64,000 nt of DNA from assembly GCA_965153355.1 (NCBI GenBank), contig OZ231126.1:11222001-11286000 (forward strand), written 5' to 3'. Of this stretch, positions 1 through 12,288 are shown piece by piece; within the stretch, counting starts at the first letter, position 1; every line of letters starts with the position of its first letter. Below the pieces are notes generated by a model. It did no database searches. It saw nothing but the letters and a program-made list of their open reading frames with translations, and was not told where the DNA came from. Source of the stretch: Flaccisagitta enflata (taxonomy: Eukaryota). The position numbers and the translations under genes are program-made.

Positions 1-583
1 TGCTACTTATCAGTTACTACTTAGACTGGGGATTGGGGACGCAGCTGACAAAGTGGGAGGCGTTTATTTAGGTTTTTGGGCGGGTTACGCTCTTTAAAAT
101 AAATGAGTTCTGAGGCCTTTGTTTAAAAAGATTTTCGGGTCCTACTCCTGTTGGCGACGTTGTGTATCAACTCTATATCGACCAACGATTACCGAAAACA
201 AAAGACATAGACTCAGAGAAAAAGTTTAACGGTAACTTCAATCGAATGATATGCACTGACGGGCACCAGGGCTACTTAGCAAGTTAGCATGATTCGGGAA
301 CATGCCTGAGATGCCCTGTGAGGGCTCAAAGTCGCCCTACTATCTTGGAATAAAAATCTTTCCTCCCGTTTTAACAAATATCTCTGGTGTTATACACCCA
401 ATCTTAAAAAAATCGGTGACGGAATTTAAGCCCTTCAAATTTGCAAGTGAGCTATGCAAACCGCATCTTTCCTGGTATGTCGTTTCTTAAAAGGGGCCCC
501 AAATCTGGCCCCATATCTTGATGCTGGATCTGGTTTTGAGCGATGACATATCACCATCTTTCTAACTTAAAGCGTTTAAAAGT

Positions 584-915
584 CACCGTATTTCCTGCAT
601 TTATCGCCCCCCCCCCCTTTTGAAGAAAGAAAGAGCTCATGACAGACTTTTATTTTTTAAACAAATCTGTTCAAATTTATTGTAAATCATGTTGTTCAAT
701 GAAATAAAAAATATAAGAATGGTATGCGATATAAAAATATTCTTTGTTTTAGTGCTTTATTGCATTGAAATATGAAATTTTTGTCTAAAACATTACGTTT
801 CCTTTAAAATCATCTATACATGAGTGTACGAGAGGCGCTAATTGCAGGTTGAAAATGACAATGTTTCACTTGAATTTCAAAAGCGCCCGGGGCGCTAATT
901 ACAGGAAATACGGTG
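584..915. mobile_element. MITE with CCGTATTTC-type TIRs (Tc1/mariner-pogo-like), lying inside older inverted arms (~413-475 / ~1015-1075)
   Basis: CACCGTATTTCCTG...CAGGAAATACGGTG terminal inverted repeat. Confidence 0.75.
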
Positions 916-1698
916 AACTGTAAATGAAATCTTTCAATTTAGCTTTTGCCATTTCTACACAATCTTCTTACAAATCACTTCACTTTTTTTTTAAATTACT
1001 ACTAAACGAGCTGGGCTAGACAGATGCGGTTTGCGAAGACTGCTTGCAAATTCAAAGGGCTTCATTTATGTCACCTACTGTTCAATAATTTGTAGAGTCT
1101 GTTTAGAGCTTCAAGTCTAAACTTAGCAAAAGAAGAGATCAAGAAAATGGCGTGAGTGGTCTGGTCTATATATTTTAAATTATTATGCACTCATGTTTAT
1201 ATCAATAAATGAACTTATTTTCAAAAAGGAAAGATTTTTTTTCCAAGATAGTATTAAGCCATAACTCTGGTTACTCAGGCTCTTATTCAGCCTTTGAATT
1301 TGCAAATTTACCCTCAAATCAGTCCCTAATATACCTGATATTTGCGCTCTAAGCAATCAAAACAGCCCTTAGATGTTCCCTCGTCTAGCCGGCTGGATAT
1401 ACAACCCTGTATTTTACAGGTCATCGGTCCTAAGAGGCTGATGCTGCTCCACTTCTTCAGCTAATGTGTTTTGTTTTGTGGCTTAAGTTTATACTCGTGC
1501 CATGGGATGGGATGGGATGTGGGTGGGTTTGAACTTAGGATTACGTGTGGTGTTAGAGAAGGAGTTGGGCTTAGAGGTGGTGTAGTGTAATGGATTAAGT
1601 TAAGAGTATGGCAGAGTGAAGGATTAAGTTACGGCAGAGTTGGGCTTCCGGTTGTGGTTTTGATTTCGTGCCCTCCCCCCCCCCCAAAAAAAAAAGTC

Positions 1699-2025
1699 AG
1701 GGGTGTACATAATTGAGTGGCTTTTGATATTTCCCCCCCCCCCTGCCTTTGATTTTCTTTCCCGCGCTGCATCGCGTCGCGTTACGAAATCTATGATTTT
1801 CTTCCCGATAAAGCAATAAAACAGTGTATGTAAGGTTTAAATAGTGTTAAATTGTGTTTTACTAATCAAGTTTCATGACATGGTACTGCCAAAAGTTATA
1901 TTTTCCCCAAATTTTCTATTTTTTATTTTTTTCCCCTTCCTTTCCCTTCCCCATCTCCAAACCCTTTGATTTCCCCCCCCCCCCCCCCCGCCGGGGCGGG
2001 GGGAACTCAATAACATACAGCCCTG
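1699..2025. mobile_element. Putative hAT-like MITE
   Basis: CAGGGGTGTACATAATTGAGT...ACTCAATAACATACAGCCCTG imperfect TIR; no clear TSD. Confidence 0.55.
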
Positions 2026-2157
2026 GTTAAAAAACACACACGAAAGAACAATTCGTTAAAATCGTGTTAGGCCACAACTATCGCCATAAAATACGATATC
2101 TCATCACGTGCTTGAATCTGCGAACGATCGTGCTTCATGCAAACAGGACCGTGGAAA

Positions 2158-2563
2158 AACAAGGCCAACACCTACAAGTCGCATGCAAGACATGAATAAC
2201 TTAAGATGACTTTCATTGACTCAAAATGACTTAAAATGACTCAAGACAACTTTAAATGACTTGAAAAGACCTAAAATGACTGAAATGACTCCTTTTACCT
2301 ATTTGACTTAAGTGACTTAAAATAACTTAGAATGACTTAGAATGACTTAAAATGACTTAGAATAATTTAAAATGACTTAGAATGACTAGAAATAACTTAA
2401 AATATAATAAAAAGGTTAAGTGTGACGGACCGACAGACCGACGGACCGACGGACCAACGGACCGACGGACCGACGGACGGACGGACGGGCTGACGGATGG
2501 ACGGATGGACCGACCGACGAACCGACAAAGCGGGTTGTAGAGTCGCGTCAACGCGACTAAAAA
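2158..2563 (-). mobile_element. HINE/DINE-1-like Helentron-associated element, family A, with an internal 10-bp tandem array
   Basis: AGTCGCGT..ACGCGACT palindromic head next to a T-run, (GGAC/CGAC)n microsatellite, (AAATGACTTA)n at ~2195-2400, AACAAGGCC tail. Confidence 0.75.
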
Positions 2564-2633
2564 CTCGTTAAATGTGTAAATTAGTGAGAAAAGATTCGCA
2601 GAGAATTCGAGAATGCGCAACCTGTTTCAACGG

Positions 2634-2680
<47 letters not shown>

Positions 2681-2900
2681 GCGTTTGTTTTTCTGTCTTT
2701 CCCTGTCTGTTCGCCTGTCTGTCTGTCTGTCTGTCTGTCTGTCTTTGTTTCTCTGTCTCTGTCCCACTGTCTGTATGTCCGCCTCAGTCTCATTGTCTGT
2801 CTCTGTCCGTTTGTCCGTTTGTCTGTATGTCTTTCTGTCTTTCACGTTCAGTTTGTTTGTCTATCTAGATGTCTTTCGTTGTCAGTTACTGTCTTCATCT

Positions 2901-3006
<106 letters not shown>

Positions 3007-4017
3007 CTCTCATTCATGCCTGGTTCAGGGCCGGTATGGGTTGGGCAATAGCTCATCGTGTTTTTGCTCGGTGATGTGGGGGTCATTAAAACAATCCGGG
3101 GGAAATTGTGAGAGAAATTTTCACTTTGATCCGTATCTAAAAATAAAGAATGAAAGGAAATGGATTATATTTGATTTTTGCAAAGAAAAAATGGTAAATG
3201 TGCGAGGTTTTGAGAAGGTTGTTCATCTAGAATCTTTTACTGTTTAGTGTTTCATTTAAGCAATTTATTATCTTGCCTTGGCCTTGAGATGCACTTTTCG
3301 AAATTCGACAGAGGTAAAATCAATTTAAAAATATTTAAAAAGACGTACACGCAGTCATGTTGTGACTTAGCAACATGCACATGCACATGCGCATTCGGTA
3401 TTCAGGGTTGTAAGCTTGAGCTTCAATATGAATCGTGTATTCTTCAGATAGTCGATGATTATTTCTGAATGAGCGACTGTGCTTGCAGCTTCATGCTTGC
3501 AGCTTCATGCATGCAGCTTCATGCTTGCAGCTTCTTGCTTTCTCCCATCCACACGGGATGGTGAAACCATGTCAGAGAGTTTACTGCAATTTGCAATATG
3601 CAATTTGTAACTTCGCTCACAAAATTGCCTACGAAATATTGCAAGCATGAATAAAAACTCGTGCCGCTAGGAGAGGCTAAAATGAAATCTTACCCTGCAT
3701 ATTTGAAAATGTTTTGAATTTTTTTTGTTTTTTTTTTAATTATTTTCTATTAAGTTAAAAATAAAAAGATTTTAGATGAATTCCCCTGGAAGAGAATAAT
3801 TTCCTTCATCTATCTTACATCACTCGTTGATGTTTAAGATAACTGTTTTTTTATTATTCAATAACAGAAAATGTTTTTATAGAAAATCAGAACAGAGAAA
3901 GAGGGCGAAATTTGAAGTTCTGAATGCAAATTATTGCGGGGAAAAAAGCAAGGCCGAAAACACGTCGCTGGCAGTTGGGCAGTGGCAGTAATATGGGTGG
4001 GCAAAGGCAGTACATGG

Positions 4018-4635
4018 CACAGTGGGCCTTAATCGGATATGAGTTAAAAAAAATCCTCGATGGTAGTGACATGTGTAATTAAATACAATTCATTGTTGAA
4101 AATTGATGTTGACCTTTAAAAAAAAATTTCCCTTGAAATTTTTTTGTAAAATTCATTAAAAATTATCAATTTTCCCTTATAATTATATATAAATCTGAAG
4201 GATATATCTATTCTAAAACTCTGATTCAAGATTCATATGCCTGATAAAATTTCCAATCATTTGATAGGTCACACTATATAGTTTCATGAAAAAATAAGTA
4301 TTTCATGTTTTATGCCACCGTTACTTTATTTGTAACGGTGGTATAGAAATTGAAAATTTTGTTTATTGATAAAATAATATAGTGCGACCTATCAAATGAT
4401 TGAATATTTTATCAGGAAAATGAATCTTGAATCAGAAATTCAAAACACATAAATCTTAAAGTTTTATATCAAATATTTGAAAAATTTGAAACGTTTTAGT
4501 CATTTTTGCAAAAATTTTTAAAGGAAATTTTTTTAAAGGGTCAACATTTATTCTCCATCAAAAATTGTACCAGCTTACACCAGTCACTACCAATGAGGAT
4601 TTTTTTGAACTCATATCCAATTAAGGCCCACTGTG
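4018..4635. mobile_element. Foldback/MITE, almost fully palindromic, with CACAGTGG...CCACTGTG termini
   Basis: CACAGTGGGCCTTAATCGGATATGAGTT vs AACTCATATCCAATTAAGGCCCACTGTG; arms pair through to a central hairpin near 4325. Confidence 0.85.
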
Positions 4636-5000
4636 GGGCTGTAACATGGCGGGGCAAGTCATCTCTAAACATCGCGTTACCATCCGACGGACCTCCCTTC
4701 GGACCCACACCCTCTTATACCGTCGTTTAGCCAGCGACAAAAAACTGACGATATGTGTTTTACATTGACACACTCGCCAAGGTCCCACACCCACTCAGAT
4801 CATACACACAAATTAAGAAGACAAACGTGTTAATCTGCTGTGTGAAGGGTAGATCGATCGAGAGCGGGGTTTGAAAAGAATCACTCAAAAAGTGGTTGAA
4901 CTCACGTACGTAACTATGTAAAGGACAGAAAAGATATTCGAGAAGAATTGAAATCGAATTAAATCGGCGGCTTTCTAGGGGCTATTCACGTCTCATGGTC

Positions 5001-6082
5001 TTTTTAGATGCGTCCTCGCATCTCTATAAGAGGGTCTGTCCTATGTATGTATGTATGTATAAAAACGCGGGAATTTCAAATGCGATTTCTAATGGTTCTT
5101 TCTATATATCTCTTCATCTCTTATGTCTCTTATGTCTTATTGTCTCTCTTTTCTTTTCTCTTGGTCTCTTTTGTCTCTTTTGTCTCTTTTGTCTTTTCTT
5201 TTTGTCTTTTTAGATGCGTCCTCGCATCTCTATAAGAGGCTCTGTCCGTAGGTAGGTAGGAAGGATGGTAACGCGAAAATTTCTAAGAGCAGATTTTCTT
5301 ATTTCTCTTATGTATCTTAGGTATCTTTTGTCTCCTATGTCTCTTATATCTCTTATGTGTCTTATGTCTCTATGTCTCTTTTGTCTCCTATATGTCTCCT
5401 ATATTTCTCCTATATGTCTCTTATGTCTCTTATGTCTCTTATGTCTCCTATATGTCTCATATGTCTCTTATATATCATATCTCTTATATCTCTTATGTCT
5501 CTTATCTATTATGTCTCTTATGTCTCCTATGTCTCTTATGTCTCTTCATGTCTCTTCATGTCTCTAAATGTCTCTTCATGTCTCTAAATGTCTCCTCATG
5601 TCTCATGTGTCTCTTGTCTCTCCATATGTCTTCCAGTCCCTCATGTCTCTTCGTGTCGGGGGGTGGGGAGGCGTGGGGGAGGAGGGGAGGGGGATGGGGA
5701 GGTGAGGTGGGGTGGGTAGGCGGGGGGTAGGGGTGGGAGGTGGGGGAGGCGGGGGCGGGGTGAGGGGGCGTGGGGGGAGGGGTGAGGCGGGGGGAGGGGG
5801 AGGCGTGGGGGCGGGGTGAGGGGGCGTGGGGAGGCGGGGGGGCGGGGAGGCGTGGGGAGGCGTGGGGGGGGGGTGGGGGAGGCGTGGGGAGGGGTGGGGA
5901 GGGGTGGGGAGGCGTGGGAGGGGGAGAGATGAATCAGTTTATATTTTTCTCTTTATCTCTGAATCTTTATATTTTCATATTATTACATCTTAATATCTAT
6001 ATATCTTATATCTTAATAATTTGTATGATTATATCTTACGTCTAAAGAGGACGCATCTATTGGACATCTCTTGGCCTTGTTT
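5001..6082 (+). mobile_element. HINE-like family B (two heads, at 5001 and ~5207) with a 9-bp array and a G-rich block
   Basis: TTTTTAGATGCGTCCTCGCATCT head twice; (TGTCTCTTA)n; G-tract block ~5655-5925; 3' GAGGACGCATCT subterminal repeat then GGCCTTGTT. Confidence 0.8.
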
Positions 6083-6169
6083 AAGTAACGTACGTGTACA
6101 AGCGACTCAATAACGCGACTCAACAGCCGGCTATGTCTCTCGATCAGTCGGTCCAACATTCACAGGCGG

Positions 6170-6509
6170 TTTTTAGATGCGTCCTCGCATCTCTATAAGA
6201 GGGTCTGTCCGTCCGTCCGTCCGACCGTCCGTCCGTCCGTCCGTCCGTCCGTCCGTCCGTCCGTCCGTCCGTCCGTCCGTCTGTCCGTCCGTCCGTCCGT
6301 CCGTCCGTCCGTCCATCCCTTTCGCCTCCTTGAAAATCGCAGTTTTTGGCACTTTTAAGCCGCGAAGATGTCATCTATCAAGTAATTAGAATATTTTGAG
6401 AGCCTCATTCGATACTAAGTCTTTATCTGTCTGTCTGTCCAAGTCTAGCGCCAAAGTCAATACACGCAGAGACACAGTCAGGACGCATCGTTGCCTGATC
6501 GGGCATGTT
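6170..6509 (+). mobile_element. HINE-like family B, nested in a family A remnant (~6083-6602)
   Basis: Head AGATGCGTCCTCGCATCT, (GTCC)n, 3' AGGACGCATC and hairpin GCCTGATCGGGC; flanks are the two halves of a family A copy. Confidence 0.8.
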
Positions 6510-6884
6510 ACATTACGGCTCCTACCCAAATAATTGATTGACCTATTTTAACATTGCCCTGCCCACCCTCACGCGACGTGGGTAACCATGTATCCGGCCT
6601 TTTTTAAAAAGGTGTGAAAAAAGTACAAAATCTCAGCCATATTTTCACTGCGTCTAATTGTAATAACTAAATAAAACAAAAGGAAAAGAAAAAAAACAGT
6701 TCCTGCTTAGAAATATACCAGTTAATGTGACAGCGATCATTGACAGCATTACTAGTTGTGGTAAGTGATAACTCATAAACGCAAAAATCCTGACATAAAA
6801 TTTGTCAACTTCTCCAAACTTGTCGTAAACCCTTTGATGTTGATAGGGTAAGTGATCATCATGTCAACTTTATACCAATCAAAC

Positions 6885-6983
<99 letters not shown>

Positions 6984-7422
6984 CAGACAGACAGATAGAG
7001 ACAGAGAGACAAAGAGGCGAGCGGAAAGATAGACCATGGGACAGAGGGACGCATAGACGAAATAATAATTTAAAGATGGCAATAAGAAGAGATAATGAGC
7101 GGGGAAAATCAATTGAATCCGATGTTACAGCAGATGTACACATTTACTGGGTCATTACGTTTGATTGTCATGCTCTAATCAGTTTCATCACGTAAATTTC
7201 TCTTTTACCTGCTCCTTTCCTCGTTTCTTCCGTTTCTTTCCTTTTTTGCCTCCTCTTCCTCTCTCTCCTTTTCCTCTTCCTCCTTTTTCTCGTCTTCCGC
7301 TCCTTTTCCTCCTCATTTAACTCCTCCGTTTTCTTCCTCTCCGTCATCATAGTTTTGTCCTTAACGTTTGCTAGTCTCTGTGAAATTAACTCTATAAAAC
7401 TCATCATCACTTTTGTTGTCCG

Positions 7423-8032
7423 TTTTTTTGGTGCGCCATAGCACCTCTATAGCTAGCTCTGTCTGTCGGTCAGTCGGTCGGTCGGTCGGTTAGTTGGTCG
7501 GTTGGTCGGTTGGTCGGTCACGCTCGAGTTGAAAATCTCAAAAAGAAGCAAAAATCACTGGAAATGATTCAGAAATATGCTAGGATGATTCCCAGGTGCG
7601 CCATAGCACCTCTATAAGAGGCTCTGTCTGTTCGTCCATCCGTCGGTCACGCTCGAATGAAAAATCGCTAAAAATGTTTGAAATCGATTGAAAACTAATA
7701 TTGTTCATCATTGATGATACTCGTCATTTCATTCTCAAAAATAATCAGCTACAGTTAGGTCTGATGGAGCTGGGGAAAGGTCAGAGACTCAGATAGGTCT
7801 GGTGATAGGTCGGATAGGTGTGGGGATAGGTCTGATAGAGCTCGGGATAGGTCTGATGGAGCTCGGAATAGGTCTGAAAGAGCTCGGGATAGGTCTGATG
7901 GAGCTTGGGATAGGCCTGATAGAGCTCGGGATAGGTCTGATAGAGCTAGGGATAGGTCTGATGGAGCTAGGGATAGATCTAAGAATAATACCGCCCGGCG
8001 CACCGCCTTGGCCCGTGTATTCGGCCTTGTTT
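7423..8032 (+). mobile_element. HINE-like family C with a duplicated head and a 21-bp minisatellite
   Basis: TTTTTTTGGTGCGCCATAGCACC head (again at ~7594); (GATAGGTCTGATAGAGCTCGG)n at ~7790-7980; 3' GGCGCACC plus GGCCCGTGTATTCGGCCTTGTT. Confidence 0.78.
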
Positions 8033-8295
8033 AAAGTCCAACTATTAGCATTATTGACGATTCCTTAAGTATTTAATTACGTCGCAACTCTTTGGTTGTA
8101 CGTTCCTCGGACGGTCCGTTACTAAAGGACCATGAGCTAGCATAGACCATGAGCTAACATTGATAAATTGAAGCTTGGTACACCGAATTCGTTATCAACA
8201 AGTTCATCGTAACAAGGACGCGTGTGTCAGTCCTTACAATCAAAATTTCTTACGAATATAAAAAACAAAAACAAATAGTCGCAAAAGCGTTAGAT

Positions 8296-8790
8296 GGTCA
8301 GCGGTACCCGTTGCCCCTTTGTGAATGTATGTGGGTGTGAGCTAGTTAGAGGGGCAGCGGCCCCGAAGGGGCCGGTGACCTATGCTGTTTTTATTTGAGC
8401 CTCAAGGCTGGAATTGGGGCCTTGAAGCTGGGATTTGAGCCTTGAGGCTGGGATTTGAGCCTTGAGGCTGGGATTTGAGCGTCAAGGCTTGGATTTGAGC
8501 CTAAAGGCTGGGATTTGAGCTTCGAGGCTGGGATTTGAGCCTCGAGGCTAGGATTTGGGTCTCGGGACTAGGATTTGAGCCTCAAGGCTGGGATTTGAGC
8601 CTCAAGGCTGGGATTTGAGCCTCAAGACTGGGATTTGAGCCTCAAGACTGGGATTTGAGGCTCAAGGCTGGGATTTGAGCCTCGAGGCTAGGATTTGGGC
8701 CTTGAGGGGGGGGTACGTAGAAGAAGAAGGAGAAATTTCCCCTGTGTGAAAGCATAGGTCATCGGCCCCTTCAGGGCCGCTGCCCAAAAA
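8296..8790 (-). mobile_element. HINE-like/inverted-repeat element, family D, with a 20-bp minisatellite
   Basis: ~35-bp inverted repeats (8352-8386 / 8751-8785), each containing GGCCCC..GGGGCC; (GCTGGGATTTGAGCCTCAAG)n at ~8395-8707; hairpin GGTCAGCGGTACCCGTTGCCC at 8296. Confidence 0.7.
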
Positions 8791-9141
8791 GCAAACATTC
8801 AAACAGGGCCTCGAAAGTTAAATTCGACTCGGGGATGCTCAAGAATGAAGGAGCAGCCCATAGGCAGTGTATGGTCAGCGGTACCCGAGCCCTGCTGTTG
8901 TGGTTTGTGATTAAAGTTGAGGGTGAGAGCAGGGTAGCGGCCCCAGAGTTAACGAAGCCATATTGTTGCTTCGTCTGAACCCTCGAATTTGAAAAACAAT
9001 TGATGGCCATTTTTTCCATTGATGAAAATATAACAATGCATTTTTTGATTCATTTGAAACCTTCATACTTAATTTCAACTGTACATTACAATATTTGGGT
9101 GTTGTGTGTTATTAAGTAATGGAGAAAAAAAATTGTTCACG

Positions 9142-9228
<87 letters not shown>

Positions 9229-9490
9229 CGCCACTCCTCATCCTCATAACTTCTCATCCTCCTCATCCTCTTCCTGCCCATACTTTTGCTGACGATCTCA
9301 GACTTTCGTCTGCCGTCTGTTGTTTGAAATTTAGCCAAGTATAAGAGAGTAAAAAGGTACTTGTATCAACAACAAGAAAAAAGAAACATCACTTAAGGTA
9401 ATGAAAAAAAAACGACAACAACCCAAAAACAACAACGACTCTTGTATCTCTGTTGTTTGAAATTCAGCCAAGTAAAAGAGAGAGTAAACA

Positions 9491-9694
9491 AAACAAGGCC
9501 GGATACACGGCTACCGAAGTCGCGTGCGGGTGGGCAGGGGCCATTTTTGAGGTCACTAGATCATTTGGGCAAGAGCAATGAGGTCAAAGAAATAAAATTG
9601 TAAAAAAAAGAAAAGTGTGACGGACCAACCGACAGACCGACAGACCGACCGACAGATAAAGCGGGTTGTAGAGTCGTGTGCACGCGACTTAAAA
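9491..9694 (-). mobile_element. HINE-like family A
   Basis: AACAAGGCCGGATACACGGC hairpin end, AGTCGCGTG subTIR, (GACC)n, AGTCGTGTGCACGCGACT head. Confidence 0.82.
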
Positions 9695-10300
9695 GTTACT
9701 TGTATCAACGTAAAGGGAAAAGAAACATCACTTTTGGGTATTGGCAAGAAAACAATAAAACGACCACTCTTGTATCTCTGATGTAGTCATCATTCTACGT
9801 TGTTTAGAGAAAAAGAATAAACAGAAAGTAGAAGATAAGAAAGATTCAAATCAAGTCCACATAGTGAATGAGATAAACAAATACGCTCCGACTTACGCGC
9901 TCATCCAAAAACGCTGTTTCTCTCGAGAGTAAAGACCGCGAGCGCGCGGACGACGAGGATATCCATTTTCATCGTGGAACATCCGTTGAAGTCGCGTAGC
10001 GCGGAACGCAAAAAAGTTGTTTTTGACGATGATGTAGTTTTTCGTGGTTGATCCTTTTTTATATGAACCTAGTCTGTCCACGTCCTCTCTCTCTTTAACG
10101 TGTAAGACAATCCCCGCCGAAAGCTACAACAGAACAAAAATAAAAGAAACAAAAAACAAGAAAAAAAAAAAGAAAAAAAAAAAAGAACGAGAAAACCCGA
10201 CTGAGATGTGAAAAGAAGATGAGAAAAGAATGAAACAAGATAGAAAAACAAGATAAAAAGAGAAAAGGATTGAGAAAAAGAAAGGTCTGCGAAATGAAAT

Positions 10301-10335
<35 letters not shown>

Positions 10336-11977
10336 AAAAAGGAAAAGGGAGAAAAAATTGTGAGAGAAACAGAGAAATTAAAGGAAAAAAAAGGAAATTG
10401 GGGGAAAAAACTCGCACATACAATTTAAAAAAAAGAAATCATTCAACATCAACTCGTCTGATTCGCGGAAATCCACCACCAGCATCAGAAAAAAAAAGAG
10501 AGGAAGAGAAAAAAAAAAACAGCAAAAAAACCGAAACAAAGTAGAATTGAAATAATGAAATAGCAAACGGTTAAACTTCAGCGTCTCTCTTTCTCTTTCT
10601 CTTGCATGCGCCGTCATCTGTACTATTATCAATGACTATGTCGAGGCCGGATGTGGACAGACCATCACTATTTTGTCGCCTCATCAACACCGAATTATGA
10701 TGTTGCTGTTGTGGATCTGATCGCTGGAACGCGCTGATGCTGTTGTGGTCGTTACAACAGCGACTGTCATAAGCAGGAGCTGTTGTGGTCGTTACAACAG
10801 CGACTGTTATAAGCAGGGGCTGTTGTGGCCGTTATATTGCAGCAACTGCACTGTCATCAGCTTCGCCATCTACATCATTATCATCACTATCTCATCGTCG
10901 TCATCGCCTTCGGTTGCTGTAAAAAGTAACTGGTGATTGTTCTTGTAAGTGTTGTGATTTTTTCTCTCTCTCTTTCTGTGGTGTTACTTTTTTCGACCTT
11001 CGAAGTGATGAGTTGAAAAAAAAAATCGGAGACTAGATTATAACCTTTTTTTTCGACAGTGGCTGCATTTTAAACGATTTTAAACGATTTCATCGGCAAA
11101 GAAAAAAAAACATTAGAAAAGAAAAACAAAAACAAAAAAAGACCAAAAGAGGTGAAAAACGAAAAAAAATTTTTTTCTCATCTGATTGGGTTGAATGTTG
11201 AAACATTCTTTTGTGCATAACCTTGCTTGATGTCATAGACCGCGCTGCATCTCAAACCAAATTCTGTATTCTTCTATTCTCTCTCTCATTGTCTTAATGT
11301 ATACACATCGCTTTCTCGCTAAAGAAACAAAGAATGAAACCAAAAAGATACAAAGGAAATAGAGTCTAAAAAAGTGGAATCGAAAAAAAAGAAAGAATTA
11401 TCGAAAAAATAAATTGTGAACGACCTTTCGCTGCGACCTTTTCGGGCCGCGCCTTCTGCGCTTGAAGTAAAGTGTTGCTCGCGCGTGCTTGCAAGACAAG
11501 AAATTCCTCTGCCGCTTCCATCATTTGTGTGTGTTTTTATTCTTTATTTTCTTTTGTAAACAAACATTGTAAACGTAAACAATGTATACCTCAATCGTTC
11601 AAGTTCCACCCGTGTTTACCATCAACAAAAAGGCCGCCGGCATTCCAAAAGACGAAACGTGGCAACCGCAAAACTTAGCTATCGGTGAGAAAAATAATCA
11701 ATGACCTATCAACCATAATTTGTAATCTATAATCTGCATTCTAAAATCTAGAATATAACCTATAACCTACGATCTACCATCTATGGTTTACGATCTATGA
11801 TCTATAATCTATTATCAATACCCTCTGATTGATAATCTATGACCCTATGAACAATCTATAACGTTCTAGATGTGATAAAATTGATAGGTTTTGATATGCG
11901 CTTCAACATTGGTTTAAAGCGTGAGCAACGAAAGCCAAAAAGAATGCGTGCTTGTGCGTGTTTGTTATAAATTTATT

Positions 11978-12104
11978 GTTAGGGGACCCTGTTGGAAAAA
12001 TGTTTTAGGACTTTACAGGCTATCCCTCGGGGCGGGCTTTTTACAATTCCCTTACATTGTAATTGCAGCGTTCTCGTAAATAGAATTCATTCATTCATTC
12101 ATTC
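11978..12104 (+). mobile_element. 3' end fragment of a related LINE
   Basis: GGACCCTGTTGGAAAAATG..GACTTTACAGGCTATCC resembles 50864-50906 and ends in (TTCA)n. Confidence 0.6.
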
Positions 12105-12288
12105 TTGAATGACAGTCTTGAAAGAAGGAACGAGTTCATGAATGAAAGACTAAATGAACGAATTGCTTAATGAATGAATGACCAAAACAAGGATTTGAAC
12201 GCAAAGTGTGGAAGCCGATATTTTTTCAGCTTTATCAGCTATAACAGGGTAAAATAAAAAAAGAATAAGTAAGAAAAAAGGTTAAATA

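Noticed and set aside
3020-3136. Isolated minus-strand exon (strong TTTTTAG acceptor, DTDQSENFSHNFPRIVLMTP...)
   Set aside because: It needs a GC donor and has no recognisable homology or partner exons; possible but unsupported.
6865-6886. 22-bp near-identity to the TMEM144-like exon (43105-43126)
   Set aside because: No flanking similarity or splice context; probably chance.
7790-8707. CRISPR-like regular arrays (21-bp and 20-bp units; also the 40-bp units at 10739)
   Set aside because: Head-to-tail repeats with no unique spacers, no cas genes, and a eukaryotic context.
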